Of a stretch of 64,000 nucleotides of DNA, positions 29,400 to 38,775 are shown in pieces. How positions within the stretch are numbered: the stretch's first letter is position 1; every line of letters starts with the position of its first letter. The notes under the pieces are model-generated. The model made no database searches. It was not told where the DNA came from and saw only the letters and a program-made list of their open reading frames with translations. Origin of the DNA: Candidatus Woesearchaeota archaeon (GTDB taxonomy: Archaea > Nanobdellota > Nanobdellia > SCGC-AAA011-G17 > UBA489); assembly GCA_964367375.1 (NCBI GenBank), contig CAYIXG010000004.1:59556-123555 (forward strand). Direction: 5' to 3'. Position numbers and translations under genes: made by a program.

Positions 29400-30065
29400 A
29401 TGGGAAAGGAATATTTACAGCAGCAGGACATGGAAGCAGCAAAGAAGAGAGATGCATCTTCAAAAGGAAACGTCCTTGAAAAAACCGTCCAAAAAGGTGT
29501 CTCTCCAGAGAGCATGCAAAAACGTGTTCTTCATAATCCTGCAATCATGAAGCACGCACAAGTCTGCAATCGATTTGGCATTACTTCTGCACACGTCAGC
29601 GGACATGACTTCACCTTCACAGACAAGGGATTTGAAGACAGCGTTCTTGAACATGAAGCACAATTGCAACCCCAATTATCATCTCAACCATCACCATCAA
29701 AAAATGAGAAGAAAGCACCCCTTGAAGAGACTATTGATGAAAACAAACAATCCCATGACCATTCCTCACGAGAAACCTTTGGCAAAATGTATGGCGTGAG
29801 CACTGACGCTGCCCAATGCAACTGTGGCAAAGAAATCAAACTTGAACCCAAAACATCCGGATTAAGCGCATCTGACTACACAAAAGAGAAAATGAGCGAT
29901 GATTTTGACCTGAAAAAGGGAAGCGAATACTCCACAGGAACCTCTGGAAAAGACACTGAAACGCAGCATCTTTATGGAAATACTTCTAATACACTTTCAC
30001 AAGGAGTGCAACAGACTTATACCAAGAAAAAGAAAGACCTCTTTGGCGTGGATACGTACACATAA
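29400..30065 (+). CDS. hydrophilic, low-complexity hypothetical protein
   Basis: ORF is rich in S/T/K/E/Q with no hydrophobic core. Confidence 0.4.
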   Translation: MGKEYLQQQDMEAAKKRDASSKGNVLEKTVQKGVSPESMQKRVLHNPAIMKHAQVCNRFGITSAHVSGHDFTFTDKGFEDSVLEHEAQLQPQLSSQPSPSKNEKKAPLEETIDENKQSHDHSSRETFGKMYGVSTDAAQCNCGKEIKLEPKTSGLSASDYTKEKMSDDFDLKKGSEYSTGTSGKDTETQHLYGNTSNTLSQGVQQTYTKKKKDLFGVDTYT

Positions 30066-30098
30066 CCTATTTAAATTCCCTCCCCTCTTTAATTATAT

Positions 30099-30287
30099 AT
30101 GGTTCGTAAGTGCCCGAAATGTGGTAGTACACATACTGAAATGGAAGGAGAAGACATCCACTTCTTAGTTTGCCTCGACTGCGGCTACGATGAAGGAGAT
30201 GAATATGCAATCGCAGAAGAGCGCGCCGGCAAAGGAGGCAAGGGCAGTCCGTACAAACGTGGCGGCTCACTCCGCACCCAGAAATAG
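30099..30287 (+). CDS. zinc-ribbon mini-protein
   Basis: CPKCGS...CLDCGY (two CxxC pairs) with a basic C-terminus. Confidence 0.45.
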   Translation: MVRKCPKCGSTHTEMEGEDIHFLVCLDCGYDEGDEYAIAEERAGKGGKGSPYKRGGSLRTQK

Positions 30288-30348
30288 AAGTTCAACATAT
30301 AATGTAAAATCTAAGGAGCATAAGAAATTTTATACTTATTAAGACTCT

Positions 30349-30837
30349 TCAATCTTTTTTTACTTGAAAATCTCTTTCATAGTTTATAGTAATTCCTGTT
30401 TCTTTAGCAAGTAACTCAGCTAAATCTAAAGCCCTATTTCTAAGAACTCTGTTTACTTCACTTTCATCAACTACTACAGCATTAAATTTTTCATCTAGTC
30501 CAAGGCTCTCACGCAATCTAAAAACTTTCTTTTTGCCAAATAATCTTCTTTCATAAGATTTATTAGCAGAATAACAAGCTATATTTGTATGACATACACT
30601 TGGCAAAACTTCATTGCCTTCTTCATTAATAGAACTATGGAATACAATGTAGCCAGGTACTATTCCCCTTGATAGATAATCTCTTGTCTCAACCTTAATA
30701 CTATGTGTAATCCCTTCAGGACCAATAGTTCTTGCTTCTATAGGTCCATCATACCCAGGACCACCAACAACATGACCATTTTTAATAGTCCTTTTGATAT
30801 GCTCTATTTCTCTTTGGATGCACTCATTTTTTTCCAT
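30349..30837 (-). CDS. hypothetical protein in an AT-rich segment
   Basis: 162-aa ORF. GC is clearly lower than the flanks. Motifs GHVVGGPGYDGP and VFHSSINEEG, no family assignable. Confidence 0.45.
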   Translation of the reverse strand: MEKNECIQREIEHIKRTIKNGHVVGGPGYDGPIEARTIGPEGITHSIKVETRDYLSRGIVPGYIVFHSSINEEGNEVLPSVCHTNIACYSANKSYERRLFGKKKVFRLRESLGLDEKFNAVVVDESEVNRVLRNRALDLAELLAKETGITINYERDFQVKKD

Positions 30838-30975
30838 TTTTTCTCCTTTTCTTTTTTTGTGGAAAGATAACCATTTATTACTTACTAGTAGGAATACAAT
30901 CCTAATTAAAATAAACTACTCTCAAAAGAGAGGAGTAATAGAAAGATTAAAATAGCTTTAAAATATTTTAATTCT

Positions 30976-31704
30976 ATGGATTATTCGATATTTGAAGAAT
31001 TAGGATTAACGAACGCTGAGATTAAGGTGTATATTCAACTATTAAAGTTGGGATTTTCTCATGCTGGTTTAATAATAGAGAAAACAAGATTACAAACTTC
31101 AGTAGTACACAGAGCTTTAAACTCTTTAATTGAAAAAGGTCTTATTAATTATATTTTAGAAGGAAAAATAAAAACATATCAAGCAACAGAACCAGAACTT
31201 TTTTTAGATTTTATAGATGATAAGAGAATGAAATTTAAAGAAATTCTTCCTGAGCTAAAAAAAGAGCAAGATTCAGCAAAGAAAGGAGAAATAGCTACAA
31301 TATACAAAGGCAAAAAAGGATTGCAGGAAGTATATTATAAGCTAATTAATGTCAAAGCTAAAGAGTATTTAACTTATGGTGGAGGAATAGATGTTGCTAA
31401 TTTCATGAATGTTACATGGTGGAGAAATCTGCATACCAAGAGAAGAGCGAATAAATTACCTTCAAGACAAATCTTTGATAAAACAGTTAAGCCACTAGGA
31501 AAAGGGATTATAGGGATGCCATTAACGAAGATAAAATTTCTTCCTCATGAATTTGCCCAATTTCAAGAAACTGTGATAATAGGAGATTATGTAGCTATCA
31601 ATGTCTTTACTGAAAATGCTTACAGTTTTTTAATAAAGGATGCAAAAGTTGCTGAAGGATATAAAAAATATTTTGAATTATTATGGAAGATTGCAAAATC
31701 ATAA
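30976..31704 (+). CDS. TrmB-family transcriptional regulator (paralog 3, AT-rich)
   Basis: KVYIQLLKLGFSHAGLIIEKTRLQTSVVHRALNSLIEKGLI. C-terminal ...YFELLWKIAKS. Confidence 0.6.
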   Translation: MDYSIFEELGLTNAEIKVYIQLLKLGFSHAGLIIEKTRLQTSVVHRALNSLIEKGLINYILEGKIKTYQATEPELFLDFIDDKRMKFKEILPELKKEQDSAKKGEIATIYKGKKGLQEVYYKLINVKAKEYLTYGGGIDVANFMNVTWWRNLHTKRRANKLPSRQIFDKTVKPLGKGIIGMPLTKIKFLPHEFAQFQETVIIGDYVAINVFTENAYSFLIKDAKVAEGYKKYFELLWKIAKS

Positions 31705-31861
31705 AATAAAAGGCTACTTCAGAATACCAAATTTAGATCCATAAATCATAGGTAATATCTGATCACTAGAAATAGCGACTTATTCTGAGAATCATGTCCA
31801 GTATAGCTTATATTACACTTCAACAATATCTTTATAAAGATCTTCCCTCTCTTTTTCACTT

Positions 31862-32812
31862 ATGCCCAAAAAAGAGCAAACGCATGACGTTATCATCATC
31901 GGCGGAGGCATTGCCGCACACACCGCAGCACTCTACACCGCACGAGCAAACCTTGCACCATTAGTTATTTCAAGCATAGAACCAGACCAGCTGAGCATGA
32001 CAACCACTGTGGAAAACTATCCTGGATTTCCCCAAGGCGTTCAAGGCCCAGACCTTGTAAATAACTGCAAGAAACAAGCAGAACGATTTGGAGCAACATA
32101 TATCCAAGGAATAGCAGACTCTTTTACTAAACAAAAGAATATTTTTGTTGTTGGAGTTGGCAAAGCATCCTATTCTGCACGAACAGTGATCATTTCCACA
32201 GGCGCGTCTGCACGACGACTCTCCATTCCTGGAGAAAACACTTATTTTGGGAGAGGAGTATCGACCTGCGCTGTTTGTGATGCTGCACTCTATAGAGATG
32301 CAACTGTTGTCGTGATTGGCGGAGGAGATTCTGCCATGGAAGAAAGCTTAGCGTTATACAAATTCGCCAAAAAAGTGGCCATCATCCACCGCAGAAACGC
32401 ATTCCGCGCCAGCAAAATCATGCAAGACCGCATCTTTAAACTGAAAGATAAGATAACTGTCCTCTGGGATAGTGAACCTGTTGAAGTTCTTGGCAACGGC
32501 AAAATGGTTACTGGCATCAAAATTAAAAACGTCAACACACAAAAGATTACTGAACTTAAATGCGACGGCGTTTTTCTTGCCATCGGCCATGTCCCCAACA
32601 CTGCCGTTTTCAAGAATGTTGTTCCCCTTGACGCACAAGGATATGTCATTACTGATCGTTTCACCAAAACAACAACACCTGGCATCTTCGCAGCAGGAGA
32701 CTGTCAAGATCCTGTGTTCCGCCAGGCAGTCACCTCCGCAGGAACAGGATGCATGGCAGCCATCCAAGCAGAAAAATACCTGGAACATTTAAAAGCAAGC
32801 AACACCTACTAG
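31862..32812 (+). CDS. trxB: thioredoxin reductase
   Basis: DVIIIGGGIAAHTAA is the FAD GxGxxG. Redox-active CAVCDA. Second GG motif VVVIGGGDSAMEE for NADPH. Confidence 0.85.
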   Translation: MPKKEQTHDVIIIGGGIAAHTAALYTARANLAPLVISSIEPDQLSMTTTVENYPGFPQGVQGPDLVNNCKKQAERFGATYIQGIADSFTKQKNIFVVGVGKASYSARTVIISTGASARRLSIPGENTYFGRGVSTCAVCDAALYRDATVVVIGGGDSAMEESLALYKFAKKVAIIHRRNAFRASKIMQDRIFKLKDKITVLWDSEPVEVLGNGKMVTGIKIKNVNTQKITELKCDGVFLAIGHVPNTAVFKNVVPLDAQGYVITDRFTKTTTPGIFAAGDCQDPVFRQAVTSAGTGCMAAIQAEKYLEHLKASNTY

Positions 32813-32821
32813 GAGAAAACC

Positions 32822-33928
32822 ATGGTCATCTACGACGAATTCGGCCCAGAAAAAATCATTGAAGTATACAACCCTCGCGTTGGCATGAAAGGATTTCTTG
32901 TTATTGACAACACAGCTCTTGGCCCAGCAAAAGGAGGCATCCGCATGACTCCCTCAGTCAACCTTGAAGAGGTTGCACGACTCGCACGAGCCATGACCTG
33001 GAAATGCGCACTTGCAGAACTTCCCTTTGGCGGTGGAAAGAGCGGCATCATCGCAGATGACAAACAAATCACGCCACAGAAAAAGAAAGAACTCATCAAA
33101 GCATTTGCAGCATCACTCAAAGCAGTTGTTCCTGAACTTTACGTTGCAGCACCAGACATGAACACTGCGGAAGAAGAAATGAAACTCTTTGCAGACACTC
33201 TTGGCACAAAGAAGGCATGCACCGGCAAACCAGCCATCATGGGAGGCATACCCCATGAACTGGGAAGCACTGGATTTGGCGTTGTTGTTGCAACAACCGT
33301 TGGCGCAGCCTCTGCAGGCATTGACTTATCCCATGCGAGCGTTGCTATTGAAGGATTTGGAAATGTTGGTCAATTTGCAGCAAAGTTCATCACTGAAAAA
33401 GGTGCACGCCTCGTTGCCGTTTCTGACAGCAGAGGAGTCATTTTTAACTCCAAAGGACTTTCCTATGAAAAACTTATGAGCACTAAACAAGTAAAAGGAA
33501 CAGTTACTTCCTATGGTGATGGAAAAATACTACCTTCTCACGAAATAACTCGCGTCACTGCAGACATCCTCATCACTGCTGCAATCCCTGATCTTATTAC
33601 TGTTGATGAGGTTGATCATGTCAAAGCAAAACTCATCGTTGAGGGAAGCAATATTCCCATGACCTTCGAAGTTGAAGAACTCTTTCACAACAAAGGAATT
33701 TTAGTCATTCCAGACTTTGTCGCAAACGCTGGCGGCGTCATTAGCAGCTATGTTGAATATATTGGCGGCACCCCCAAACAGATGTGGAAAACAGTGGAAG
33801 AAAAAATCAAGAAAAACACTGCCCTTGTCTTGAAAGAAGCACACAAGAAACATTTACCGCCACGCACGTGCGCTCTTGAGATTGCAAAAAAACGCGTCCT
33901 GGCAAAATGCAAGAACTGCAGAATCTAA
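32822..33928 (+). CDS. Glu/Leu/Phe/Val dehydrogenase family protein (short, leucine/glutamate dehydrogenase-like)
   Basis: LGPAKGGIRMTP is the family signature around the catalytic Lys. Rossmann motif GFGNVGQ. Confidence 0.75.
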   Translation: MVIYDEFGPEKIIEVYNPRVGMKGFLVIDNTALGPAKGGIRMTPSVNLEEVARLARAMTWKCALAELPFGGGKSGIIADDKQITPQKKKELIKAFAASLKAVVPELYVAAPDMNTAEEEMKLFADTLGTKKACTGKPAIMGGIPHELGSTGFGVVVATTVGAASAGIDLSHASVAIEGFGNVGQFAAKFITEKGARLVAVSDSRGVIFNSKGLSYEKLMSTKQVKGTVTSYGDGKILPSHEITRVTADILITAAIPDLITVDEVDHVKAKLIVEGSNIPMTFEVEELFHNKGILVIPDFVANAGGVISSYVEYIGGTPKQMWKTVEEKIKKNTALVLKEAHKKHLPPRTCALEIAKKRVLAKCKNCRI

Positions 33929-34842
33929 ACTTGCTCTTGACTTGATTGCACATTTCTTTCCCTTGCAGAAAGAAGCAAATCAATACTATCCATCAACCGC
34001 TCTTCATTCCCATACACAATCACCTTCGGATTTGCACCGCCCACAATCTCAATATACGGATTTACTGCCACAGAAAAGGGAGAACATTGCATCCCAAAGG
34101 CTTCTAAAAGCTCGTTGTCACACTCTGTACCGAGAATAACCAATATCTTTGTCTGGATGCTCTGCACCTCATTCGCCCTCTTTATTCTTTGACCAAGATT
34201 TTCTGCAACACCCTCAAGATCATCCACAATCGCTTCTGCCGCATCTTGATGATACGCAAGCTGACTGTTGCCAATCACAATAAACACATTATTCTTTAGT
34301 ATTCCCTGAGCATCAAACAAGAATGCAGGATACGCCTTTAAAGAAGGTTGGTTACTTTCTCCACAATCCTGCTCACAGCTTCCAAACTCTCCGATGTCAC
34401 ACGTGTCATCTCCACACTCTGCCTCTCTTCTTGTACACACATAATTATCACACACTTGATATGCAGAACAATCATTATTTGTTACGCATGAAACACCGCA
34501 CTTTCCTTTCGCATACCCTTTTTCTTCCTCTCTTTTACATCCGTCTGCGCTTCTTACACACTCCACAAGCTTTTTCCCTTCACATACATCCTGTGCGCAC
34601 TCATCTGTACACGCCTTTTTTGTTTCTCCCTTCTTTATACTCTTCGTTGGTTCTTGTTTTGTTTCCGGTTCTTTATTTGCTTCCTTTTCTGTGAATTGTG
34701 TTTCACCTTCATTTTCATCTGGGAGCACAACTTTAATACCTTCTTCACTCTGCAATGATTTTATTAAAAAAAACGTGCTTCCAAGCACTATTCCTAGAAT
34801 GACTATTGTTATTACCCACTTTTGCGTAGAACTTAATGTCAT
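33925..34842 (-). CDS. secreted Cys-rich protein
   Basis: N-terminal TM/signal. About 24 Cys in about 100 aa (ACTDECAQDVCEGKKLVECV...). The C-terminal domain carries IVIGNS...ILVILGTE...IVGGANPKV motifs that weakly resemble archaeal S-layer N-terminal domains. Confidence 0.5.
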   Translation of the reverse strand: MTLSSTQKWVITIVILGIVLGSTFFLIKSLQSEEGIKVVLPDENEGETQFTEKEANKEPETKQEPTKSIKKGETKKACTDECAQDVCEGKKLVECVRSADGCKREEEKGYAKGKCGVSCVTNNDCSAYQVCDNYVCTRREAECGDDTCDIGEFGSCEQDCGESNQPSLKAYPAFLFDAQGILKNNVFIVIGNSQLAYHQDAAEAIVDDLEGVAENLGQRIKRANEVQSIQTKILVILGTECDNELLEAFGMQCSPFSVAVNPYIEIVGGANPKVIVYGNEERLMDSIDLLLSARERNVQSSQEQV

Positions 34843-34854
34843 TTCAAAAAAAAA

Positions 34855-35463
34855 TTAAAGGGTCATGTATGACCCTATTCTCACCCATTCGTCAATGGTT
34901 ATTGTTCCTGTATTCCAGTCAGGCATCGCCCTGAACATCATGTTCCCTGAAATGAGCTTTGCAGCACCATTCACAATAGGTATTGTAATGGCTCCTGATG
35001 GGTTTGCCACCTGCGTCACGACGACCTGGTTTGTGCTTTGCACTGCAGTAATATCATACTGCACACCATTCATCATCATCGTTCCTGCAATCTGACCTGG
35101 TTGTGATAACAAGGGCGTGAATGGATAACTCACACCATCACCCACAAACAAGTTAAACAGCACCCAATTATCCTGCTCGTCAACCATGTACTGGACATGC
35201 GTTGCTTGCACTGGCTCAACGCCATTTCCATAATTGGATCCTGAGGCTTGCGTATACAAAAATTCCTCGTATCCGCCACCATTTTGCAGCGCATCTGCCA
35301 CAATGGTGTTGCTTCCTTCATCGACGCTTATATCATACTGCGCCTGGTTTGGAAGACCTGGAGGAAATAGCACATACCCATACGGCGTGAACGACTGCGC
35401 GCTCACCATGAGTGCCATTGCCACGAGCATGAGGCCTGTGATTACTCCTATTTTGTTTTTCAT
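34855..35463 (-). CDS. secreted protein, unknown function
   Basis: Signal peptide MKNKIGVITGLMLVAMALMVSAQS. Confidence 0.45.
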   Translation of the reverse strand: MKNKIGVITGLMLVAMALMVSAQSFTPYGYVLFPPGLPNQAQYDISVDEGSNTIVADALQNGGGYEEFLYTQASGSNYGNGVEPVQATHVQYMVDEQDNWVLFNLFVGDGVSYPFTPLLSQPGQIAGTMMMNGVQYDITAVQSTNQVVVTQVANPSGAITIPIVNGAAKLISGNMMFRAMPDWNTGTITIDEWVRIGSYMTL

Positions 35464-35647
35464 ATTCTTGCACCTCCGTGCATATATTGCTATTTCTTTC
35501 TTCGGCCCTTTATATAAGAATATAGCGGTCTTCTTTTTTTAAAAATGGTTATTTTAAGTCCAATTAAGTAAATTAAGAATAAAAATGTCCCAGAAACATA
35601 AATAAGGTTAATTTCAGATTTAATCTTAAATAAGGGTCTCTTTACCT

Positions 35648-37018
35648 TTATTTAACCTCATAATACTCAACTAACGCCCGCAAGGCTTTCGCCGCATCTG
35701 CGGGAAAGGTAAATGTCGGAATCCCTATCTCCTCCATTGCCTGCCGCTGTATTTGCGTGTACGAACCTCCTGCAGACACCACCACTATCTGCTTCGGCTT
35801 CTTCAGCTTCTTATTCTTTTCACGAACCTCCTGGAGCATCCTCACCACTTCAGGCGTTATCAACGGCGTCTGCCACAACACAACCACACAAAGAATATCC
35901 ACCTTTTTCTCCTGCAATAATGCGTTCATAACTGCTTCATACTCCTCATTCCTCACCGAACCAGTCAGATCCATCGGATTCCTTATGGTTGCCTCCTTCT
36001 GCACCTTTGACCTTATTTTTTGCACAAAAAATTTGCTCGGCTCCTCCACCTTCAAACCTTGTTCACTCAAGCGATCCGCAGCCAAAATACCAAAACCACC
36101 ACCATTGGTAACTATTTGCACCCTCCTTCCTGAGGGTTTGCCCGCCTTCTCAAAAATCTTTGCAACACTAAATAATTCATCCAACGTTTTTGCATTGATG
36201 ATATGACACTGCCGCATGACTCCCTTGTACACTGCAGCAACACCCGCAAGCGAGCCTGTATGCGACACCGTTGCCTTCGCACCCTCCTCAGTTAACCCTC
36301 CCTTAATTGCAATAATTGGCTTTTTCGAAGCCACCTTCTTTGCAATCCTCATAAACTTCTTCCCATCCTTCACCCCCTCAATATACATACAAATCACTCT
36401 TGTTTCTGGATCATTTCCTAAAAATTCAAGCAGATCAGACTCATCCACATCCACTGCATTCCCATAACTCACAAACTTCCCGCACTTCATCCCCTCATTT
36501 TCCATCATGTCCAAGATTGCGGAACCGACCGCACCAGACTGGCAGATAAATGAAATGCTTCCCCTCTCTGGCCGAGACAAGCGAGACCTTGGTAAAAATA
36601 AATTATCAAACCCTGTTGTTGTATCTAAAGTACCGAGGCAATTTGGACCAATCAACCGCATCCCATACTTCTTTACCCTCTTTAGCAGTTCTTCCTCTAA
36701 CTTTTTGTTTCCCACTTCGCCAAACCCTGCAGTCACCATGATAATCCATTTAATCCTCTTTTTTCCACATTCATCAAGCACCTGCACTGCAGTCTCTGCA
36801 GGCACTGCAACAATTGCAGTGTCAATCCGCGACTGTATCATCGCTACTGAAGAATAACACCGGAGACCGAGCAAGACCTCCACCTTTGGATTCACTGGAA
36901 AAATGTTCCCCCGAAAACCTGCGTCAAGCAGATTCTTCAGAATGACATGACCAACCTTATTCGGATCACGAGACGCGCCAATCACTGCAACTGATCGTGG
37001 ACTAAAAAATTGTTCCAT
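35648..37018 (-). CDS. ADP-forming acyl/acetyl-CoA synthetase, alpha subunit (CoA-binding plus succinyl-CoA-synthetase-like domains)
   Basis: SVAVIGASRDPNKVGHVILKNL, 456 aa. No beta subunit adjacent. Confidence 0.75.
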   Translation of the reverse strand: MEQFFSPRSVAVIGASRDPNKVGHVILKNLLDAGFRGNIFPVNPKVEVLLGLRCYSSVAMIQSRIDTAIVAVPAETAVQVLDECGKKRIKWIIMVTAGFGEVGNKKLEEELLKRVKKYGMRLIGPNCLGTLDTTTGFDNLFLPRSRLSRPERGSISFICQSGAVGSAILDMMENEGMKCGKFVSYGNAVDVDESDLLEFLGNDPETRVICMYIEGVKDGKKFMRIAKKVASKKPIIAIKGGLTEEGAKATVSHTGSLAGVAAVYKGVMRQCHIINAKTLDELFSVAKIFEKAGKPSGRRVQIVTNGGGFGILAADRLSEQGLKVEEPSKFFVQKIRSKVQKEATIRNPMDLTGSVRNEEYEAVMNALLQEKKVDILCVVVLWQTPLITPEVVRMLQEVREKNKKLKKPKQIVVVSAGGSYTQIQRQAMEEIGIPTFTFPADAAKALRALVEYYEVK

Positions 37019-37031
37019 TATTCACCACTCT

Positions 37032-38342
37032 TCATGTGCTTGACTGCCCACAATCCATAAACGCGCAAATAGCACCCGCATGCCTAAACCTCGGCACACC
37101 ACACTTCCTGATACTTTCCTCAATAATTGCAAGACCCTCATCTACCTCTTTCTGATGTATAATCAATGGCGGAATCACACGCACCGACCTTTGCCCGCAT
37201 CCTATAAGAATAAGCCCTCTTTTTACTGCTTCAATAATCACATCATCCCGCATCTTTCTTGAGGGAAGATCAAAGGCACGCATCAAACCCAGACCACGCA
37301 CATTCTGCACGTGAGACAGCTGCTCTTGCATGATTTGCATTCCTTTATGGAAATATGTGCCCATCTTCTCTGCATTTCTCAGAAGGTTTCTCTTTTTTAT
37401 TGTCCTTATTATTTGTATTCCCAGAGCAAGATCAAGCATATGACCGCCACCCCAAGTTGATGAGATTGCACTTTCTTCATCAGGAAACCATTTCTTGTTT
37501 GCAATTGTTGCACCCACCTGCAACGCCTTCGCAACAGACATAACTTCTGGCTTTATCCCAAAATGCTGAAACGCCCACCATTTTCCTGTCCTTCCCATTC
37601 CTGACTGCACCTCATCAGCAATCAACGGAATACCTAGCTCTTGCGTTACATTCCTTATACTCTTCACCATCTTCTTTGACGCAATATTATACCCTCCTTC
37701 ACCCTGCACATGCTCCAGAATAACAAAACCAATCTCCTCTGCACTTACCTCCCGCGCCGCTATCTTTTGTAGCACCTCTCCTGCAATCTCATCAAATGGC
37801 AAGCGACGCATGTTCATCGACAAAAAACCTCTCTTCTGCACCACCTTTGAATTGGTTGCAGACAATGCACCAAGTGTTCTCCCATGAAACGCACCCTCGA
37901 ATGAAATACCTATCTTTGTTGCTTTTCTCCTGCGCATACATATCTTCATCGCATTCTCCACAGCCTCTGCACCAGAATTGATCACAAACGCAGCGTTCAT
38001 ACCTGGCGGAGCAATTTTTGTCAGCTCCTCAAGCATCTCCGCATGCTCGCGCGTCGCAAAATCCTGACCTGCAATCTTCACCGGAGACATCTTCGCATAC
38101 TCACGCATCACTTCTCTCAGATCAGGATGATTATAGCCCAGAGGCTGCGTCGCAATCTGCGACCCAAAATCGAGAAAGACATTTCCATCTACATCCTTCA
38201 CATAACAGCCAGAGCCAGACTGATACACAAATGGATATGGACTATTCCTCGGACCATTCTTCTTCTGCAATATCTTTAGAACTTTCGCTGATCTAGGTCC
38301 AGGAATCTTCGTTTTAATAATAGCGTACACCTCTTTCACCAA
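37032..38342 (-). CDS. class III aminotransferase (GABA/putrescine/acetylornithine aminotransferase-like)
   Basis: ...INSGAEAVENAMK...LIADEVQSGMGRTGKWWA... Confidence 0.8.
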   Translation of the reverse strand: MVKEVYAIIKTKIPGPRSAKVLKILQKKNGPRNSPYPFVYQSGSGCYVKDVDGNVFLDFGSQIATQPLGYNHPDLREVMREYAKMSPVKIAGQDFATREHAEMLEELTKIAPPGMNAAFVINSGAEAVENAMKICMRRRKATKIGISFEGAFHGRTLGALSATNSKVVQKRGFLSMNMRRLPFDEIAGEVLQKIAAREVSAEEIGFVILEHVQGEGGYNIASKKMVKSIRNVTQELGIPLIADEVQSGMGRTGKWWAFQHFGIKPEVMSVAKALQVGATIANKKWFPDEESAISSTWGGGHMLDLALGIQIIRTIKKRNLLRNAEKMGTYFHKGMQIMQEQLSHVQNVRGLGLMRAFDLPSRKMRDDVIIEAVKRGLILIGCGQRSVRVIPPLIIHQKEVDEGLAIIEESIRKCGVPRFRHAGAICAFMDCGQSST

Positions 38343-38372
38343 ACAATCTGAAGCAATCTGATCTTTAAAAAC

Positions 38373-38651
38373 CTAATGTTTTACTCCATTCTTTTTGATG
38401 TGCATAGAAGTATCCTCAATATGTTGTATTAAAAGAACTTCAATATGGTTTACTCTTTGCTCGAGATGCGTAATCTTCTGCATGTATCTTCCTAGATATA
38501 CACCTCCTCCTAGAAGAGCAAGTGTGTCTGCAACGATTGGACTATGCAACACACCAATAATCTTGAGAAAGAAGTAGAGCATGACAATAGCAAACCCTAT
38601 CCACGCAATCACATCCCACACCTTACTCCAGTTCATCTTCTTTTTTTCCAT
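38373..38651 (-). CDS. small membrane protein
   Basis: WSKVWDVIAWIGFAIVMLYFFLKIIG forms a TM segment. Confidence 0.35.
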   Translation of the reverse strand: MEKKKMNWSKVWDVIAWIGFAIVMLYFFLKIIGVLHSPIVADTLALLGGGVYLGRYMQKITHLEQRVNHIEVLLIQHIEDTSMHIKKNGVKH

Positions 38652-38775
38652 TCTTTTATTCTGTATGCATTAACCTTTATTAACCTTATGCACTTCTTTC
38701 CAAAATATTTTTGACATTTCTTCTTTTTCTGCGAGCGAAACCTTTAAAAGTATATACTCGAGAATATACTTCTTT

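Noticed and set aside
30289-31835. Possible direct repeats flanking the AT-rich islet (AGTTCAACATATAATG versus ACTTCAACAATATCTT)
   Set aside because: Only an 11-12-nt imperfect match in AT-rich DNA. Not convincing as attachment sites.
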